From Candidatus Uhrbacteria bacterium (GTDB lineage: Bacteria; Patescibacteriota; Patescibacteriia; UBA9934), in contig CAINGB010000030.1 of NCBI GenBank assembly GCA_903848275.1, positions 1 to 58,902 on the forward strand: 58,902 bases of DNA, given 5' to 3'. Made by a program: the position numbers and the translations under genes. The notes under the pieces were generated by a model. That model saw only the letters and a list, made by a program, of their open reading frames with translations, made no database searches and was not told the DNA's origin. Below are positions 17,654-27,777 of the stretch, in pieces. Numbering within the stretch: position 1 is the first letter of the stretch; each line of letters opens with the position of its first letter.

Positions 17654-20194
17654 CTACTCGACTACTTTCTCATCCCCGCCGACCATGGTGACGGTGACCA
17701 CGGTGTCGCCAGCAGTTTTGAAGCGCATGACTCGGACGCCTTGGGTAGCGCGACCGATGAGTGAAACGGATTTGACCGAGAGACGAATGACCTGACCGCC
17801 GCGACTGACCATCAGGAGGTCGCGTGGGTCGTCGTTTTTGACGATGTAGGCGCCGGCGAGTTGGCCAGTTTTGGCCGTGACCATGGCAGTTTTGACACCT
17901 TGGCCGCCGCGGTTTTGCACGCCGTATTCTTCGATGTCCGTGCGTTTGCCCAAGCCGTTTTCCATGATGACCAAGAGTTGACGGCCTTCCTGCACCGCGT
18001 CTTGGTTCATGACTTCCATGCCGACCACGTAGTCGTCGCCCTTGAGCTTGATACCACGAACGCCGGAAGCTACACGCCCCATTGGCCGGACGTCGTTCTC
18101 GCTGAAGCGAATGGACATGGCCTTGTTGGTGACGAGCATGATGTCGTCCTTGCCGCCGGAAGTGCGGACCCATTCCAAGTTGTCGCCGTCGTTGAGTTTG
18201 ATAGCGATGAGGCCCGACTTGCGGACGTTCTCGAAGTCCTCGAGCTTAGTCTTTTTGATGGTCCCGCGGTTGGTGACCATGATGATGTACTTGGCTTTGG
18301 CGGCTTTGAGGTCGCCGTTTAAGACAGCCGAGACCTTTTCGCCCGGGGCGAGTTCTAGGAAGTTGACGATGGCCTGACCCTTGGCGGTGCGTGAGGCTTC
18401 CGGAATGTCGTAGGCCTTGAGGCGGAAGACGCGACCACGGGAGGTGAAGAACATCATGTCCTGGTGGGTGGTAGCGGTGTAGATGGCTTCGATTTGATCC
18501 TCTTCCTTGGTGGTCAAACCGATAACACCCTTGCCGCCTCTCCCCTGCTGACTAAACGTGTCTGGGGGAAGGCGTTTGATGTAGCCGTCCTTGGTCATCA
18601 TGATGACAGCTGGGACGTCAGGGATAATGTCTTCCATGCTGAACTCCTTGATGCCGTTACGCATGATTTGGGTGCGGCGTGGTGAAGGATACTTCGCCAT
18701 GAGTTCCAAGGTTTCGTCCTTGATGACGCCCAACATGCGCTTCTCGCTGGCCAAGATAGCCATGAGTTCCTTCATGATTTTAAGTTTTTCTTGATACTCC
18801 TCTTCAATACGCAAACGTTCCAAGTTGGCCAAGGCCTGCAAACGCATTTCCAAAATGGCGACGGCCTGACGTTCCGTCATTTTGAACTTGGACATTAAGT
18901 TCACGCGAGCCTCGTCCTTGTCCTTGCTCTTTTTGATGGTGGCAATCACCTCGTCGATACGTTCGAGGGCAATGCGCAAGCCTTCTAAAATGTGGAGGCG
19001 ATCCTTGATCTTGTCGAGTTCGAACTGTGTGCGGCGCTTTACTACTTCGCGGCGGTGCTTGAGCCACTCTTCCAAAATCATTTTGACGTTGAGAATACGC
19101 GGCTGGATGCCGTCGACCAAGGCCAACATGTTGTAATGGAAAGTGGTCTGGAGAGCGGTGGATTGGAACAAGCGGTTCAGCACCTTGCGTGGGTAAGCAT
19201 CTTTTTTGAGTTCAATAACCACGCGGACGCCTTCTTTGTTACTCTCGTCGCGCAAGTCGCGGATGCCTTCGAGCTTTTTGTCGCGAATCAAGTCGGCCAT
19301 TTTCTCAATCATGGCGGCCTTGTTGACCATGTAAGGCACTTCCGTGATAACGATCATGCTCATGCCCTTCTTGTCTTCCACAATTTCGGCCACGGCGCGA
19401 GTGACTACGCCACCACGGCCAGTGGAATAAGCGGCGCGAATGTCGGCGTGCGAGTAAGCAATGCCGCCGGTGGGAAAGTCTGGACCTTTTATGTGTTCAA
19501 GCAAATCCTCGACTGTGGCTTCGGGGTTCTCAATCAAGTGGATGACGGCGTTACAGACCTCGCCCAAGTTGTGCGGCGGAATGTTGGTGGCCATACCGAC
19601 GGCGATACCCAAAGTACCGTTGACCAACAAGTTCGGAAACTTGGCTGGCAAAACGGATGGTTCGTCGTGACTGGCGTCGTAGTTAGGGCGGAAGTCGACG
19701 GTGTTCTTTTCGATGTCGAGCAAAAGTTCTTCGGCGATGCTGGAAAGCTTGGCTTCAGTATAACGGTAGGCAGCAGCAGAGTCGCCATCCATGGAGCCGA
19801 AGTTACCTTGGCCCGTGACGAGTGGCATGCGGTAGGAAAAATCCTGGGCCATGCGGACCATGGATTCGTAAACGGAGGAGTCGCCGTGCGGGTGGTACTT
19901 ACCGAGCACTTCGCCGACGATGGTGGCGGACTTACGGAACTTGGCGTTGGCGCGGAGGCCGATACTCCACATAGCGTAGAGAATGCGGCGATGAACTGGC
20001 TTCATGCCGTCGCGGACATCTGGCAAAGCGCGGGAGACAATGACGCTCATGGCATAGTCCAGGTAAGCGCGGCGCATTTCTTCGGAAATGTTTTGCGGTT
20101 GGATTTGACCGATAGTGGTAGCAAACGGCGCTTCAACAATGACGCCTTCGGCAGTCTGACTTACTTTAGCTTTGTGCGGAAGTTTTTTGGCCAT
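17654..20194 (-). CDS. gyrA: DNA gyrase subunit A
   Basis: 846 aa; [24 protein letters not shown], catalytic AAYRYTE, C-terminal beta-pinwheel repeats. Confidence 0.95.
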   Translation of the reverse strand: MAKKLPHKAKVSQTAEGVIVEAPFATTIGQIQPQNISEEMRRAYLDYAMSVIVSRALPDVRDGMKPVHRRILYAMWSIGLRANAKFRKSATIVGEVLGKYHPHGDSSVYESMVRMAQDFSYRMPLVTGQGNFGSMDGDSAAAYRYTEAKLSSIAEELLLDIEKNTVDFRPNYDASHDEPSVLPAKFPNLLVNGTLGIAVGMATNIPPHNLGEVCNAVIHLIENPEATVEDLLEHIKGPDFPTGGIAYSHADIRAAYSTGRGGVVTRAVAEIVEDKKGMSMIVITEVPYMVNKAAMIEKMADLIRDKKLEGIRDLRDESNKEGVRVVIELKKDAYPRKVLNRLFQSTALQTTFHYNMLALVDGIQPRILNVKMILEEWLKHRREVVKRRTQFELDKIKDRLHILEGLRIALERIDEVIATIKKSKDKDEARVNLMSKFKMTERQAVAILEMRLQALANLERLRIEEEYQEKLKIMKELMAILASEKRMLGVIKDETLELMAKYPSPRRTQIMRNGIKEFSMEDIIPDVPAVIMMTKDGYIKRLPPDTFSQQGRGGKGVIGLTTKEEDQIEAIYTATTHQDMMFFTSRGRVFRLKAYDIPEASRTAKGQAIVNFLELAPGEKVSAVLNGDLKAAKAKYIIMVTNRGTIKKTKLEDFENVRKSGLIAIKLNDGDNLEWVRTSGGKDDIMLVTNKAMSIRFSENDVRPMGRVASGVRGIKLKGDDYVVGMEVMNQDAVQEGRQLLVIMENGLGKRTDIEEYGVQNRGGQGVKTAMVTAKTGQLAGAYIVKNDDPRDLLMVSRGGQVIRLSVKSVSLIGRATQGVRVMRFKTAGDTVVTVTMVGGDEKVVE

Positions 20195-20201
20195 ACATCA
20201 A

Positions 20202-20489
20202 TTACGGAGTTACTGGTTGAGTGGTAACAGGCTTTAGAGCTTCGTCAGCTGCCGAGAGGACTGGCTTTGGCGAAGGGGCGGCGGCTAGATTGTCCTTGAC
20301 GGTAGCGGTAAAGCCAGCCAGATCTTTGGCGACTTGAGAAAGTCCGGCACCATGGAAGGCACTTTTCAGCTGCAAAAACCAAACGGCTAGAATGAGGATG
20401 AGGCCGGCAATAATGAGTATGGCAAAGGCTCGACTACGCCTATAGCCGTGTTCGGCCTCGAGAATTATGTGGCGGCGCTCCTCAGTCAT
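20202..20489 (-). CDS. hypothetical single-pass membrane protein
   Basis: 95 aa, one TM helix; tight spacing in the gyrA operon. Confidence 0.5.
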   Translation of the reverse strand: MTEERRHIILEAEHGYRRSRAFAILIIAGLILILAVWFLQLKSAFHGAGLSQVAKDLAGFTATVKDNLAAAPSPKPVLSAADEALKPVTTQPVTP

Positions 20490-20498
20490 AAGGCTTGA

Positions 20499-21155
20499 TT
20501 AACCGCGAGCTAAAGTCACGATCTTCATGTCCTCCTCCGGTAAAGCGGCGCGAGTCAGTTTAAACTTCGTAACGATTTCCACTGGGCAAGAAATCTCGCG
20601 GCAGAGGGCGCTGACTTCGGCGTAAGGCGACACGGCACTTTCGGCGCTAACGTAGGACGGGATGATTAGACGTGGCTCGATTTGGGCAATGACTTCGGCC
20701 GCGGCAGAAGCGGCGAGGACGTCGACGCCACCCGAGGGCACGATGAGGACGTCGATATTACCGAGCAGCTCTACCTCTTGATCCGTTAGAGCACGATCGA
20801 GGGCGCCCAGAAAGCCAAGGCTCATACCTTCCACGTCAAAGCGGTAGATAGTGTGCGGCGTGCCGTCTTTTTTGGGCGTATGGACACCGGTGACAGCTAA
20901 GCCGCGGACTTCAAATTCACCAGCGTGACTCACGATAAAAGGTGAGCGCTTGTCTTCGGCGTACTCAGGCGTGATGGCGGCTAAGTTGTCCGTGTCATTG
21001 CTGAGATGACTCTGGACGACAATGGACGCGGCGAGGGCGCGGGGAAACTTCGGACCGTCTTCGCGGGAAAACGGGTTAGTAACGAGGGTGACGTCACCAA
21101 TCGTGGATTTCGCCGCGATGGTGAAGCTACCAAAACCATTCCATGAAATCTGCAT
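20499..21155 (-). CDS. MBL-fold metal-dependent hydrolase (UPF0173-like)
   Basis: 218 aa; MQISWNGFGSFTI start and overall pattern resemble UPF0173 family. Confidence 0.55.
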   Translation of the reverse strand: MQISWNGFGSFTIAAKSTIGDVTLVTNPFSREDGPKFPRALAASIVVQSHLSNDTDNLAAITPEYAEDKRSPFIVSHAGEFEVRGLAVTGVHTPKKDGTPHTIYRFDVEGMSLGFLGALDRALTDQEVELLGNIDVLIVPSGGVDVLAASAAAEVIAQIEPRLIIPSYVSAESAVSPYAEVSALCREISCPVEIVTKFKLTRAALPEEDMKIVTLARG

Positions 21156-21166
21156 ACGGCGGTATA

Positions 21167-21883
21167 TTACCCTACCAGGTCCTCGTCGACAACTGACCCG
21201 CCATCTTCCGCGTCTTCCGCGATGACGGTTTGGAAATAATCAATCTCTTGCTTGATCTCCTCTTCAGTTGGATCGCGTTCGGTGACGGACCAGCCTTCTT
21301 CCAGTTCGGCGACCTTGCCGAGAACTTCGTCACGCCACTTGGGGTCGCGTTCTGCCATCATCTTCAAGAGATCGATCTGCTTCTGCAAGCGGTCTTCTTC
21401 AGCCTGCCATTTGGCAACCAGCTCTTCGTAGGTCTCCTGTCGCTTCACGGCGCGTTCACTGCACTGCGAGTTGAGAGCGTCGTGGGCCAAGAGGACGGCC
21501 TGCTCGACCGAGTAGCGTTCGCTCGAGGTGAGTTGGTCTTCGAACAAGGGACTTTTGACGTAGTCCAGGATATGCACACCGTGCTGGGTGACGGCGTCGA
21601 TTTTGGCCTTGACCTCGGGTTCGAGGCGGTCAAAGACGAGCTTTTGGAGGCGCACTTCTTCGTCGTCGGCACAGAGTTCGTGGTAGGCCTGGCGATAAGG
21701 GTATTCCTTGCGGCCGACGTGGACTAAAGCGTCGTGAATCTGCTTTTCACTGCTGTTTTCGTTAGCGGCCAGCTCGTCGTGAAGCTGCTGGGCCTCGAGC
21801 TTTACGGCTGGGGGCGTCAACGGAACCAACTTGTCGATAGCGATTTGGAACTCTTTGAGGAGATATTCATGAGGATGAGACAT
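21167..21883 (-). CDS. hypothetical acidic protein
   Basis: 238 aa from MSHPHEYLL; extended -10 TGgTACCAT 9 nt upstream of this ATG. Confidence 0.55.
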   Translation of the reverse strand: MSHPHEYLLKEFQIAIDKLVPLTPPAVKLEAQQLHDELAANENSSEKQIHDALVHVGRKEYPYRQAYHELCADDEEVRLQKLVFDRLEPEVKAKIDAVTQHGVHILDYVKSPLFEDQLTSSERYSVEQAVLLAHDALNSQCSERAVKRQETYEELVAKWQAEEDRLQKQIDLLKMMAERDPKWRDEVLGKVAELEEGWSVTERDPTEEEIKQEIDYFQTVIAEDAEDGGSVVDEDLVG

Positions 21884-21981
21884 AGTGAGTATATGGTACC
21901 ACAGCTTGACCAATACGGCTGATTTGGCTATACTTCGACCACTTTTATAACTATTAACGCCAGGACTGGCCGAGGTGGGTA

Positions 21982-23136
21982 ATGCCTACTGAGCCCAGTC
22001 GGGATAAAAGTATGAGTGCTACTAAAATGGATAACCTGATGGTTGAGGGTAATTATACCGTCATTCCAAAGCTCGGCGACATGGTCAAGGGCCGCGTGCT
22101 CTCCACCAAAGGCCGCGAAATCCGCGTTGATATTAACGGCTTAGCTGTTGGTGTCGTCCGTGGCCGCGAGCTATTTACCGAAGCCGAACTCTACAAGAAC
22201 TTGAAGATTGGCGACATGGTGGAAGCCACGATCGTCGACGCTGAAAACGAGAACGGCGAAGTTGAACTCTCCTTCCGTTACGCCGGCCAGAAAAAGGCTT
22301 GGGGTGACTTGGATGGTCTCCGCGTCAGTGGCGAAGCAGTACCAGTCAAGGTGCTCGACGCTAACAAGGGCGGTTTGCTCGTCCGCGTTAACCACGTCCA
22401 AGGTTTCTTGCCAGTTAGCCAGTTGGCTCCTGAGCACTACCCACGCGTAGCCGGTGGCGACAAGCAGAAGATCCTCGAAAAGCTTAAGAGCTTCGTCGGC
22501 GAAACCATGCGTGTGAAGATTTTGGACTTGAACGAGAGCGACGAAAAGCTCATCGTGTCCGAAAAGGCTATTTGGGAAGATGAACAAAAGAACGTGATTG
22601 CGCAATGCCGCATTGGCGATGCAATTTCCGGTGAAGTCAGCGCCATTGCCGACTTCGGTGCTTTCGTGAAGTTCTACCCAAAAAATGCTACTTCCCCATT
22701 GGAAGGCTTGGTCCACATCTCCGAGATTGCTTGGCAGCGTATTGACCACCCGAAGGATGTCCTCAAAGTCGGTGACACCGTTAGGGCCGAAATCATCGGT
22801 ATTGAGGGCAGCAAGATTTTCCTCTCCATGAAGAAAATGATTGACGACCCATGGAAGGATGTCGCTCGCAAGTACAAGATTGGTGAATGGGTTGAGGGCA
22901 AAATCATCAAGGTAAACCCATTTGGTTTCTTCGTTGAGCTCGACCAGGACATTCAAGGTTTGGCTCACGTCAGCGAACTCTCCGACAAGCCAGTGGAAGA
23001 CGTAACCACCCTCGGCAAGACTGGCGAAGTGCGTAAGTTCCGCATCGTCTCCATCGAAGCTGATGAGCACCGCTTGGGTCTCTCGTTGCGTGAAGAGCGC
23101 AGTGAGGAAGAGAAGGCTAAGGAGGTTAAGGAGTAA
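21982..23136 (+). CDS. rpsA: 30S ribosomal protein S1 (four S1 domains); start 21982 or 22012
   Basis: Repeated S1 OB-fold segments (GDMVKGRV, GDAISGEVSAIADFGAFV, GEWVEGKIIKVNPFGFFVEL). Confidence 0.85.
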   Translation: MPTEPSRDKSMSATKMDNLMVEGNYTVIPKLGDMVKGRVLSTKGREIRVDINGLAVGVVRGRELFTEAELYKNLKIGDMVEATIVDAENENGEVELSFRYAGQKKAWGDLDGLRVSGEAVPVKVLDANKGGLLVRVNHVQGFLPVSQLAPEHYPRVAGGDKQKILEKLKSFVGETMRVKILDLNESDEKLIVSEKAIWEDEQKNVIAQCRIGDAISGEVSAIADFGAFVKFYPKNATSPLEGLVHISEIAWQRIDHPKDVLKVGDTVRAEIIGIEGSKIFLSMKKMIDDPWKDVARKYKIGEWVEGKIIKVNPFGFFVELDQDIQGLAHVSELSDKPVEDVTTLGKTGEVRKFRIVSIEADEHRLGLSLREERSEEEKAKEVKE

Positions 23137-23153
23137 TTAGAAAGAATTAAAAA

Positions 23154-23188
23154 GCACCGGGCCAGTGATGGCTCGGTGGTTTTTTTTC
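23154..23188 (+). terminator. rho-independent terminator of rpsA
   Basis: caccgggcc...ggctcggtg stem then tttttttt. Confidence 0.8.
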
Positions 23189-23200
23189 TTGTTTCAACTC

Positions 23201-23590
23201 TTAGCGCTGTGATCTTGGGTAAACTGGATTATTGATAGCGGTGGTTAACATGTTTCGCAGTTCTGATTCATTAGAATCATGATTGCAGTGATGCCCTTCA
23301 AAGTAGGCTGGTGAGAATATTTCAGCCTTAAAGTCACCTTGGCCGGTGGGATTGATTAAAACACGAGCTTTGGTGCCATCTTGGCGATCGGCGCTGTAAC
23401 CGTGAATATTATCAGCCGATAATTTTTGGATGAAATATAATTGCTCAATTTCCGCTGGAGTTAATGCGAGGTCGGCCAATGTAGAATCTGTGTAGCCTAA
23501 TTCCGCGGTAATTCTTTTCATTGTTTCCGTGCCCTTTTCAATATTGTCAGCTTGCCACTCTGGGTTAAATAAACGTTCTGAGTCGGACAT
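23201..23590 (-). CDS. hypothetical protein
   Basis: 129 aa ORF, no motif recognised. Confidence 0.5.
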   Translation of the reverse strand: MSDSERLFNPEWQADNIEKGTETMKRITAELGYTDSTLADLALTPAEIEQLYFIQKLSADNIHGYSADRQDGTKARVLINPTGQGDFKAEIFSPAYFEGHHCNHDSNESELRNMLTTAINNPVYPRSQR

Positions 23591-23643
23591 ATAGTTTTTG
23601 TTACAATCGCGTTAGTAAGAGTAGTCTATCATCAACTCCCAGC

Positions 23644-23674
23644 GTCGACCAACACCGGGTGTTGATTATGAAGA
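23644..23674 (+). repeat. 31-nt hairpin motif gtcgaccaacaccgggtgttgattatgaaga, copy a
   Basis: 54 nt upstream of minus-strand gene start 23590; stem caacac/gtgttg. Confidence 0.7.
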
Positions 23675-23680
23675 TGAGAG

Positions 23681-23689
23681 TGTTACAAT
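23681..23689 (+). promoter_or_regulatory. extended -10 box TGtTACAAT, 9 nt before ATG 23699 (leaderless); TTGATT 16 nt upstream
   Basis: tgttacaat at 23681-23689; ttgatt at 23662-23667. Confidence 0.5.
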
Positions 23690-23698
23690 GTCACCATT

Positions 23699-24355
23699 AT
23701 GAAAACTATTGTTATTACTGGGGCGAGTAGAGGGATTGGAAAGGCGTTAGCGGAGAGGTTTTTGGCGGAGGGAGAGAGGGTGATTGGGACGTCGCAGAGT
23801 GGGACGGCGGATTATGAGCACCCGAACCTGATTATTATTCAGTTGGAGTTGGCGAGTAAGGAGAGTCGCGAGAGTTGTGCAAAGAAGATTGCGGAACTCA
23901 CAGAGTCGATCGATATTCTCATCAATAATGCTGGGATTTGGCACCCGACGGATAATAAGACTATTATCGATGTAGCTGTTTTGCAGGAGACATTAGAGGT
24001 CAACATGATTGGCCCGATCGATTTTACGGAACGAGTGTTGCCGCTCGTTAAAAAAGGTGGTCAGATAATTAACCTGTCGTCGCGCCGCGGATCAATGAGT
24101 TATACGACTGCGGATATTTATCCATGTTATTGTATTTCTAAAGCTGGAATTAACATGTTCACTCGGCTGTTGGCGGCTAGGTTGAAGAATAAAGTAACTG
24201 TTTCGGCCGTACATCCAGGCGTCGTCAAAACGGAGATGAGTGACTGGAAGGGTGAGATTTTGCCAGAAGAAGCCGCTGACGATATTTATAAGCTGACGAT
24301 GAGTGATAAAGAGACTGGACAGTTTTGGTATAAGGGGGAGATTTTTCCGTGGTAA
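23699..24355 (+). CDS. SDR family oxidoreductase
   Basis: 218 aa; TGASRGIGKA cofactor motif, NNAG, catalytic YxxxK (YCISK). Confidence 0.85.
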   Translation: MKTIVITGASRGIGKALAERFLAEGERVIGTSQSGTADYEHPNLIIIQLELASKESRESCAKKIAELTESIDILINNAGIWHPTDNKTIIDVAVLQETLEVNMIGPIDFTERVLPLVKKGGQIINLSSRRGSMSYTTADIYPCYCISKAGINMFTRLLAARLKNKVTVSAVHPGVVKTEMSDWKGEILPEEAADDIYKLTMSDKETGQFWYKGEIFPW

Positions 24356-24365
24356 TTAATCAAAT

Positions 24366-24782
24366 ATGTATCTATTTCCAATCATCGTTAAGAAGTCGGC
24401 CATTGAAGGTAGTGGTGTGTTTGCTGACACGGATATTGGTGAGGGCGAAATTGTTTGGAGGTTTAGTCCTGAACATGATTTAATAAAGACGACCGAGGAT
24501 TACGAGATGCTCGATGAGGCTGGGAAAGCGGAGATTCGCAAGGTTGGCTATGTCTCCCCCACTTCTGGCAAGTGGGTTTATCCGCCAATTGGCGACGCGG
24601 CTCGGTATACGAATCATTCGGAGGTGGATAATAATCTGACAGCAGTTTTTGATGTGGCGGTTTCTGACGAACCATTTTTTGTGGCGAAGAAAAATATTGT
24701 TCGAGGCGAAGAGTTGATAGTTAACTATGTTGAGTTTGATGCTTCGATTAAGAAGGTGAGGCCGGAGTGGATGGTTAAGTAA
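24366..24782 (+). CDS. SET domain protein (putative protein-lysine methyltransferase)
   Basis: 138 aa; GSGVFA, RYTNHS, EELIVNYVEF match the SET core. Confidence 0.7.
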   Translation: MYLFPIIVKKSAIEGSGVFADTDIGEGEIVWRFSPEHDLIKTTEDYEMLDEAGKAEIRKVGYVSPTSGKWVYPPIGDAARYTNHSEVDNNLTAVFDVAVSDEPFFVAKKNIVRGEELIVNYVEFDASIKKVRPEWMVK

Positions 24783-24810
24783 GTAACTAAACTTTTAGTG
24801 TAGATTAATG

Positions 24811-26082
24811 CTACAACAGCAGGTCATCCAGCTCGCATGATTCTAGAGCCGACTTATTGAGCACAATTTGCTCCTGCTGGTTGAGGTTGTCGGCTGTCAG
24901 GCGAATAACTTTGGTGGCAATGCTATCGCCTAACATTACTCGGTTGGTTTTTTGGAAATACTGTTCTGTTTTTTGGTAAAAGAGCGTGGCATACTGGAGA
25001 AGTTTGTCTTTTGGGGGCTGTCTAGAGCTTGAACCATTACTAGAGAATTCAATTATTTTGTTCACCTTATCATCTGTCACGATTGAAAGATCGCCTTCAT
25101 TGAAGTCGATCCAGTAATCACTTATCGTGTAGGCGATGCGGACGGAACCGCCGCCTTCGATGTTATACCAGAAGAAAAATGACCAATTATTTGAGCGAAG
25201 ATCCTGAAAGATACTAGCACTCTTAAGCTGCCCGATATTATGGATACGGTAATCATCGAGCAATCGTAAATAGCGCCCAAACCAGTCACTAAGCCAAACG
25301 TCTATCTCCTGACGATTAACAAATAGCGGCACCAAATCGTGTTTGAGATTGACTGGATTGACCGTGTTCATTTTGAGAGTGAGTTTGTCAAAGAGGGTGC
25401 AGAGATCTTTAACGTCACTGACTTTAGCATTCAAGTAATCAAAATCTGGGACAATCTTTTTGCCCATGTACCACAATAGATCATATATATCTCGACCCTT
25501 TTCGTCATAAATATCGCCGCCAATGCTGCGTTTGCCGCGCAAGAAAATGGCGGCCAATTTACTGGCCATTAAGGCCCCTAAATTATAGGTGAGGATACTA
25601 AACGATAACTGGCTATGATTGATCGAGCGTCGTTCAGTGACAGTTTTTGGAGCAACAAAGTGATTGAGATCAATCTTGACATGAACCTGCTTGGAAGGAT
25701 GACCAGCACTCAGTTCATCGTCGAGCAAGAACTTAAGAGTTAGGCCGCGTTCGTTGGTTGTTTTGATGCCTAAGAAACCATCTTCAGAACCGTAGTTGCT
25801 AACAAAATAATCTTCGATATCTGTCTTAAGGCTCTCTAGATATTCGTTGGAGACAGGATGAGAAATTTCAAAATCTAAATCAACCGACATGCGGTTCAAG
25901 CCATGAATAATGCGCAAGGCAGAACCACCATACATGACCCACTGGCTGTATTTTGGATGGTGATAGATGAAGTTGAGCACATAATACTGGAGCTCTTCTT
26001 TGTAGGCGTTGTAGCGAGTTTCTGCTGTTACTCCCTGATTTGATGGTAGACTTTTTAAAATAGCGAGAATCTGCTTACTCAT
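24811..26082 (-). CDS. AbiEii/AbiGii family nucleotidyltransferase toxin with long C-terminal extension
   Basis: 423 aa; YGGSALRIIHGLNRMSVDLDFEI matches the GG(T/S)AL...R.S.DLDF core. Confidence 0.75.
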   Translation of the reverse strand: MSKQILAILKSLPSNQGVTAETRYNAYKEELQYYVLNFIYHHPKYSQWVMYGGSALRIIHGLNRMSVDLDFEISHPVSNEYLESLKTDIEDYFVSNYGSEDGFLGIKTTNERGLTLKFLLDDELSAGHPSKQVHVKIDLNHFVAPKTVTERRSINHSQLSFSILTYNLGALMASKLAAIFLRGKRSIGGDIYDEKGRDIYDLLWYMGKKIVPDFDYLNAKVSDVKDLCTLFDKLTLKMNTVNPVNLKHDLVPLFVNRQEIDVWLSDWFGRYLRLLDDYRIHNIGQLKSASIFQDLRSNNWSFFFWYNIEGGGSVRIAYTISDYWIDFNEGDLSIVTDDKVNKIIEFSSNGSSSRQPPKDKLLQYATLFYQKTEQYFQKTNRVMLGDSIATKVIRLTADNLNQQEQIVLNKSALESCELDDLLL

Positions 26083-26686
26083 ATTTTTTGATCATGGCAT
26101 TAAATCTGGTCTGCTCGACAGTGTCTAAGTCGTCCCAATCGATACGAAGCTGCTCGATTACGCTTTTAATATTGACGACCGAAGTACCGCTAAACTGATT
26201 AGTCCGGAAGTAGATGAGATCGAAGAGAGCTTTGGCCGGTGAGGCGATGAAGAAGTCGAACTGGCCTTTAACTAGAGAGAAGTCGCCAAATAGCTCGCTA
26301 TTAATTGACTGATAGGCGAAATCCCCCACTTTGGTCTGGTAATTTCTAGTCACCTTACGAGTCACTGAGGTGATGGAATGAATAGCTTCGGTGGTGAGCC
26401 CATAGTACTGGAGAGCAGCCCAGGAGCTAACGTAGGAGGGCTGACGAATGACGTTGGCAAGGTAAAAAGTGTAAGAAATGTCGCCTTTATTTTTGTTGTA
26501 AAAGTCGGTCGTGACATAAAGGCCGTTTTTGAGACGAATAATGTCATGATGACCAATAAAGCGGCTAATATAGGTGTCAATCGTCGCCTGTGTAAGGCCC
26601 AAGCTCTGGCCAAGCTGAAAAACCCCCTGTTTAGTGAAGTGGGGTAAAGACTTGAGCTGAGAAAGTAGATTCTGCTTGCTTTTCAT
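26075..26686 (-). CDS. AbiEi family antitoxin/transcriptional regulator
   Basis: 203 aa; N-terminal wHTH-like segment and RLKNGLY motif; 8-nt overlap with AbiEii gene. Confidence 0.7.
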   Translation of the reverse strand: MKSKQNLLSQLKSLPHFTKQGVFQLGQSLGLTQATIDTYISRFIGHHDIIRLKNGLYVTTDFYNKNKGDISYTFYLANVIRQPSYVSSWAALQYYGLTTEAIHSITSVTRKVTRNYQTKVGDFAYQSINSELFGDFSLVKGQFDFFIASPAKALFDLIYFRTNQFSGTSVVNIKSVIEQLRIDWDDLDTVEQTRFNAMIKKYE

Positions 26687-26704
26687 AATTATGACAAAAG
26701 TGTA

Positions 26705-26839
26705 TCATATTTGAAAAGGTTTGTCCATGACTGATATCCACAGTCGCTCTTTCACTTTCCATCTCTTAGCCCAACCATGCTTATGTGGTTTGCATAATGC
26801 ACAGCTAGAGCCTCTTTTGCGCTTATATTGCTTACGCAT
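26705..26839 (-). CDS. 44-aa basic mini-protein with CxxCKPHK motif
   Basis: MRKQYKRKRGSSCALCKPHKHGWAKRWK; starts 1 nt after the stop of the upstream zinc-ribbon gene. Confidence 0.4.
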   Translation of the reverse strand: MRKQYKRKRGSSCALCKPHKHGWAKRWKVKERLWISVMDKPFQI

Positions 26840-26840
26840 A

Positions 26841-27110
26841 TTATTTGCGCCAATAACATTTAGGGCATTCCCAGTATTCTTCGTAACCGTGAGCTTTTGG
26901 ATCTCTCTTGAGTACATTAATCTTGCGGCCGATGAAAAGTATGGTGTTCGCGCCTCCCCTACTAGCTCGAACTAGTTCAGCTTGAGAATACAAAGATATT
27001 TTTCCAAAGTAATGTCCGCCTCGCATTTTTTTGTCAGGATAGATAAATACCCTAATTGCTCTGGCGCAAATTGAACAGGACTTTAGCAGCCGCTTTGATG
27101 TTTTTATCAT
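26841..27110 (-). CDS. zinc-ribbon protein, function unknown (ATG 27110; TTG 27131 alternative)
   Basis: CSIC...CPKC cysteine pairs at both ends. Confidence 0.45.
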   Translation of the reverse strand: MIKTSKRLLKSCSICARAIRVFIYPDKKMRGGHYFGKISLYSQAELVRASRGGANTILFIGRKINVLKRDPKAHGYEEYWECPKCYWRK

Positions 27111-27170
27111 AGCTAATTCTATAGACGGCAAAATTAGCGAAATGTTACACCGATAAATTCAACTCTTAGC

Positions 27171-27201
27171 GTCGACCGACCCTTAGGGTTGATTATGAAG
27201 A
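27171..27201 (+). repeat. 31-nt hairpin motif, copy b (gtcgaccgacccttagggttgattatgaaga)
   Basis: Stem changed to cgaccc/gggttg (pairing kept); 61 nt upstream of minus-strand ATG 27110. Confidence 0.65.
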
Positions 27202-27253
27202 AATGAAACACCGCCCCGCGAAGGACTCCACGGGGAGGTGCTTCGAGAGGCGG

Positions 27254-27643
27254 CTAGGACGGAGGGAAGAAGGTGAGAGTCCTACCTCCATCCTGACGGT
27301 CGATGACGGTGATGATCCAGTTCTGCTCAGCTGGCAAATGGCGACGCAACGTCTGTTGGAAGGCCTTCATGAATGCGCCACGCTCGGCAACGTCGTCGCT
27401 CGACCAACCACAGGATGGGGTCGAAAGGTTCTCGAAGGTGATGACCGCGATGGTCGGGTTGCCTCCGTTCTGTTCGTACACTTCCCCGAGCACGAAGACA
27501 ACTGGCTCGAATTCGCGAAAGCGATACCGTTGATCAACGAGACATTGGTAAAGATCGAGCCGAAGATCTCGCCGCCAGTCAGCTGGTTTGCAGTCCGACG
27601 GAATGGGGTGGTTTTCAAGGCGGATGATGAGAGGAATACTCAT
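27254..27643 (-). CDS. hypothetical protein (GC-rich insert)
   Basis: 129 aa; GGAGAG before ATG; hairpin ccccg...cgggg downstream; antisense ORF 27203..27712 judged spurious. Confidence 0.55.
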   Translation of the reverse strand: MSIPLIIRLENHPIPSDCKPADWRRDLRLDLYQCLVDQRYRFREFEPVVFVLGEVYEQNGGNPTIAVITFENLSTPSCGWSSDDVAERGAFMKAFQQTLRRHLPAEQNWIITVIDRQDGGRTLTFFPPS

Positions 27644-27777
27644 GAGCTCTCCATGGTTGAGCCGTGTCAGCTTAGCGAGATAGAGGTTTTTTGTCTAGTG
27701 TTAGGTAGATAATGCGTTTTGACTTTTGCGGTGTTTTCAGGCAAAATTGACGGGTTGAAAGATGTTTATATTTGCAT

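Noticed and set aside
18992-20227. 411-aa plus-strand ORF antisense to gyrA. Similar long antisense ORFs occur at 3083..4009 over proS, 22171..23070 over rpsA and 27823..28614 over ftsH.
   Set aside because: They lie entirely inside strongly supported genes on the other strand. Their translations are low-complexity (Val/Asp/Gly/His-rich) with no motifs. These are typical shadow ORFs.
27203-27712. 169-aa plus-strand ORF starting right after copy b of the 31-nt motif.
   Set aside because: It is antisense to 27254..27643, which has a proper SD, a downstream hairpin and a more natural amino-acid composition. The plus ORF has no SD or -10 box at a usable distance.
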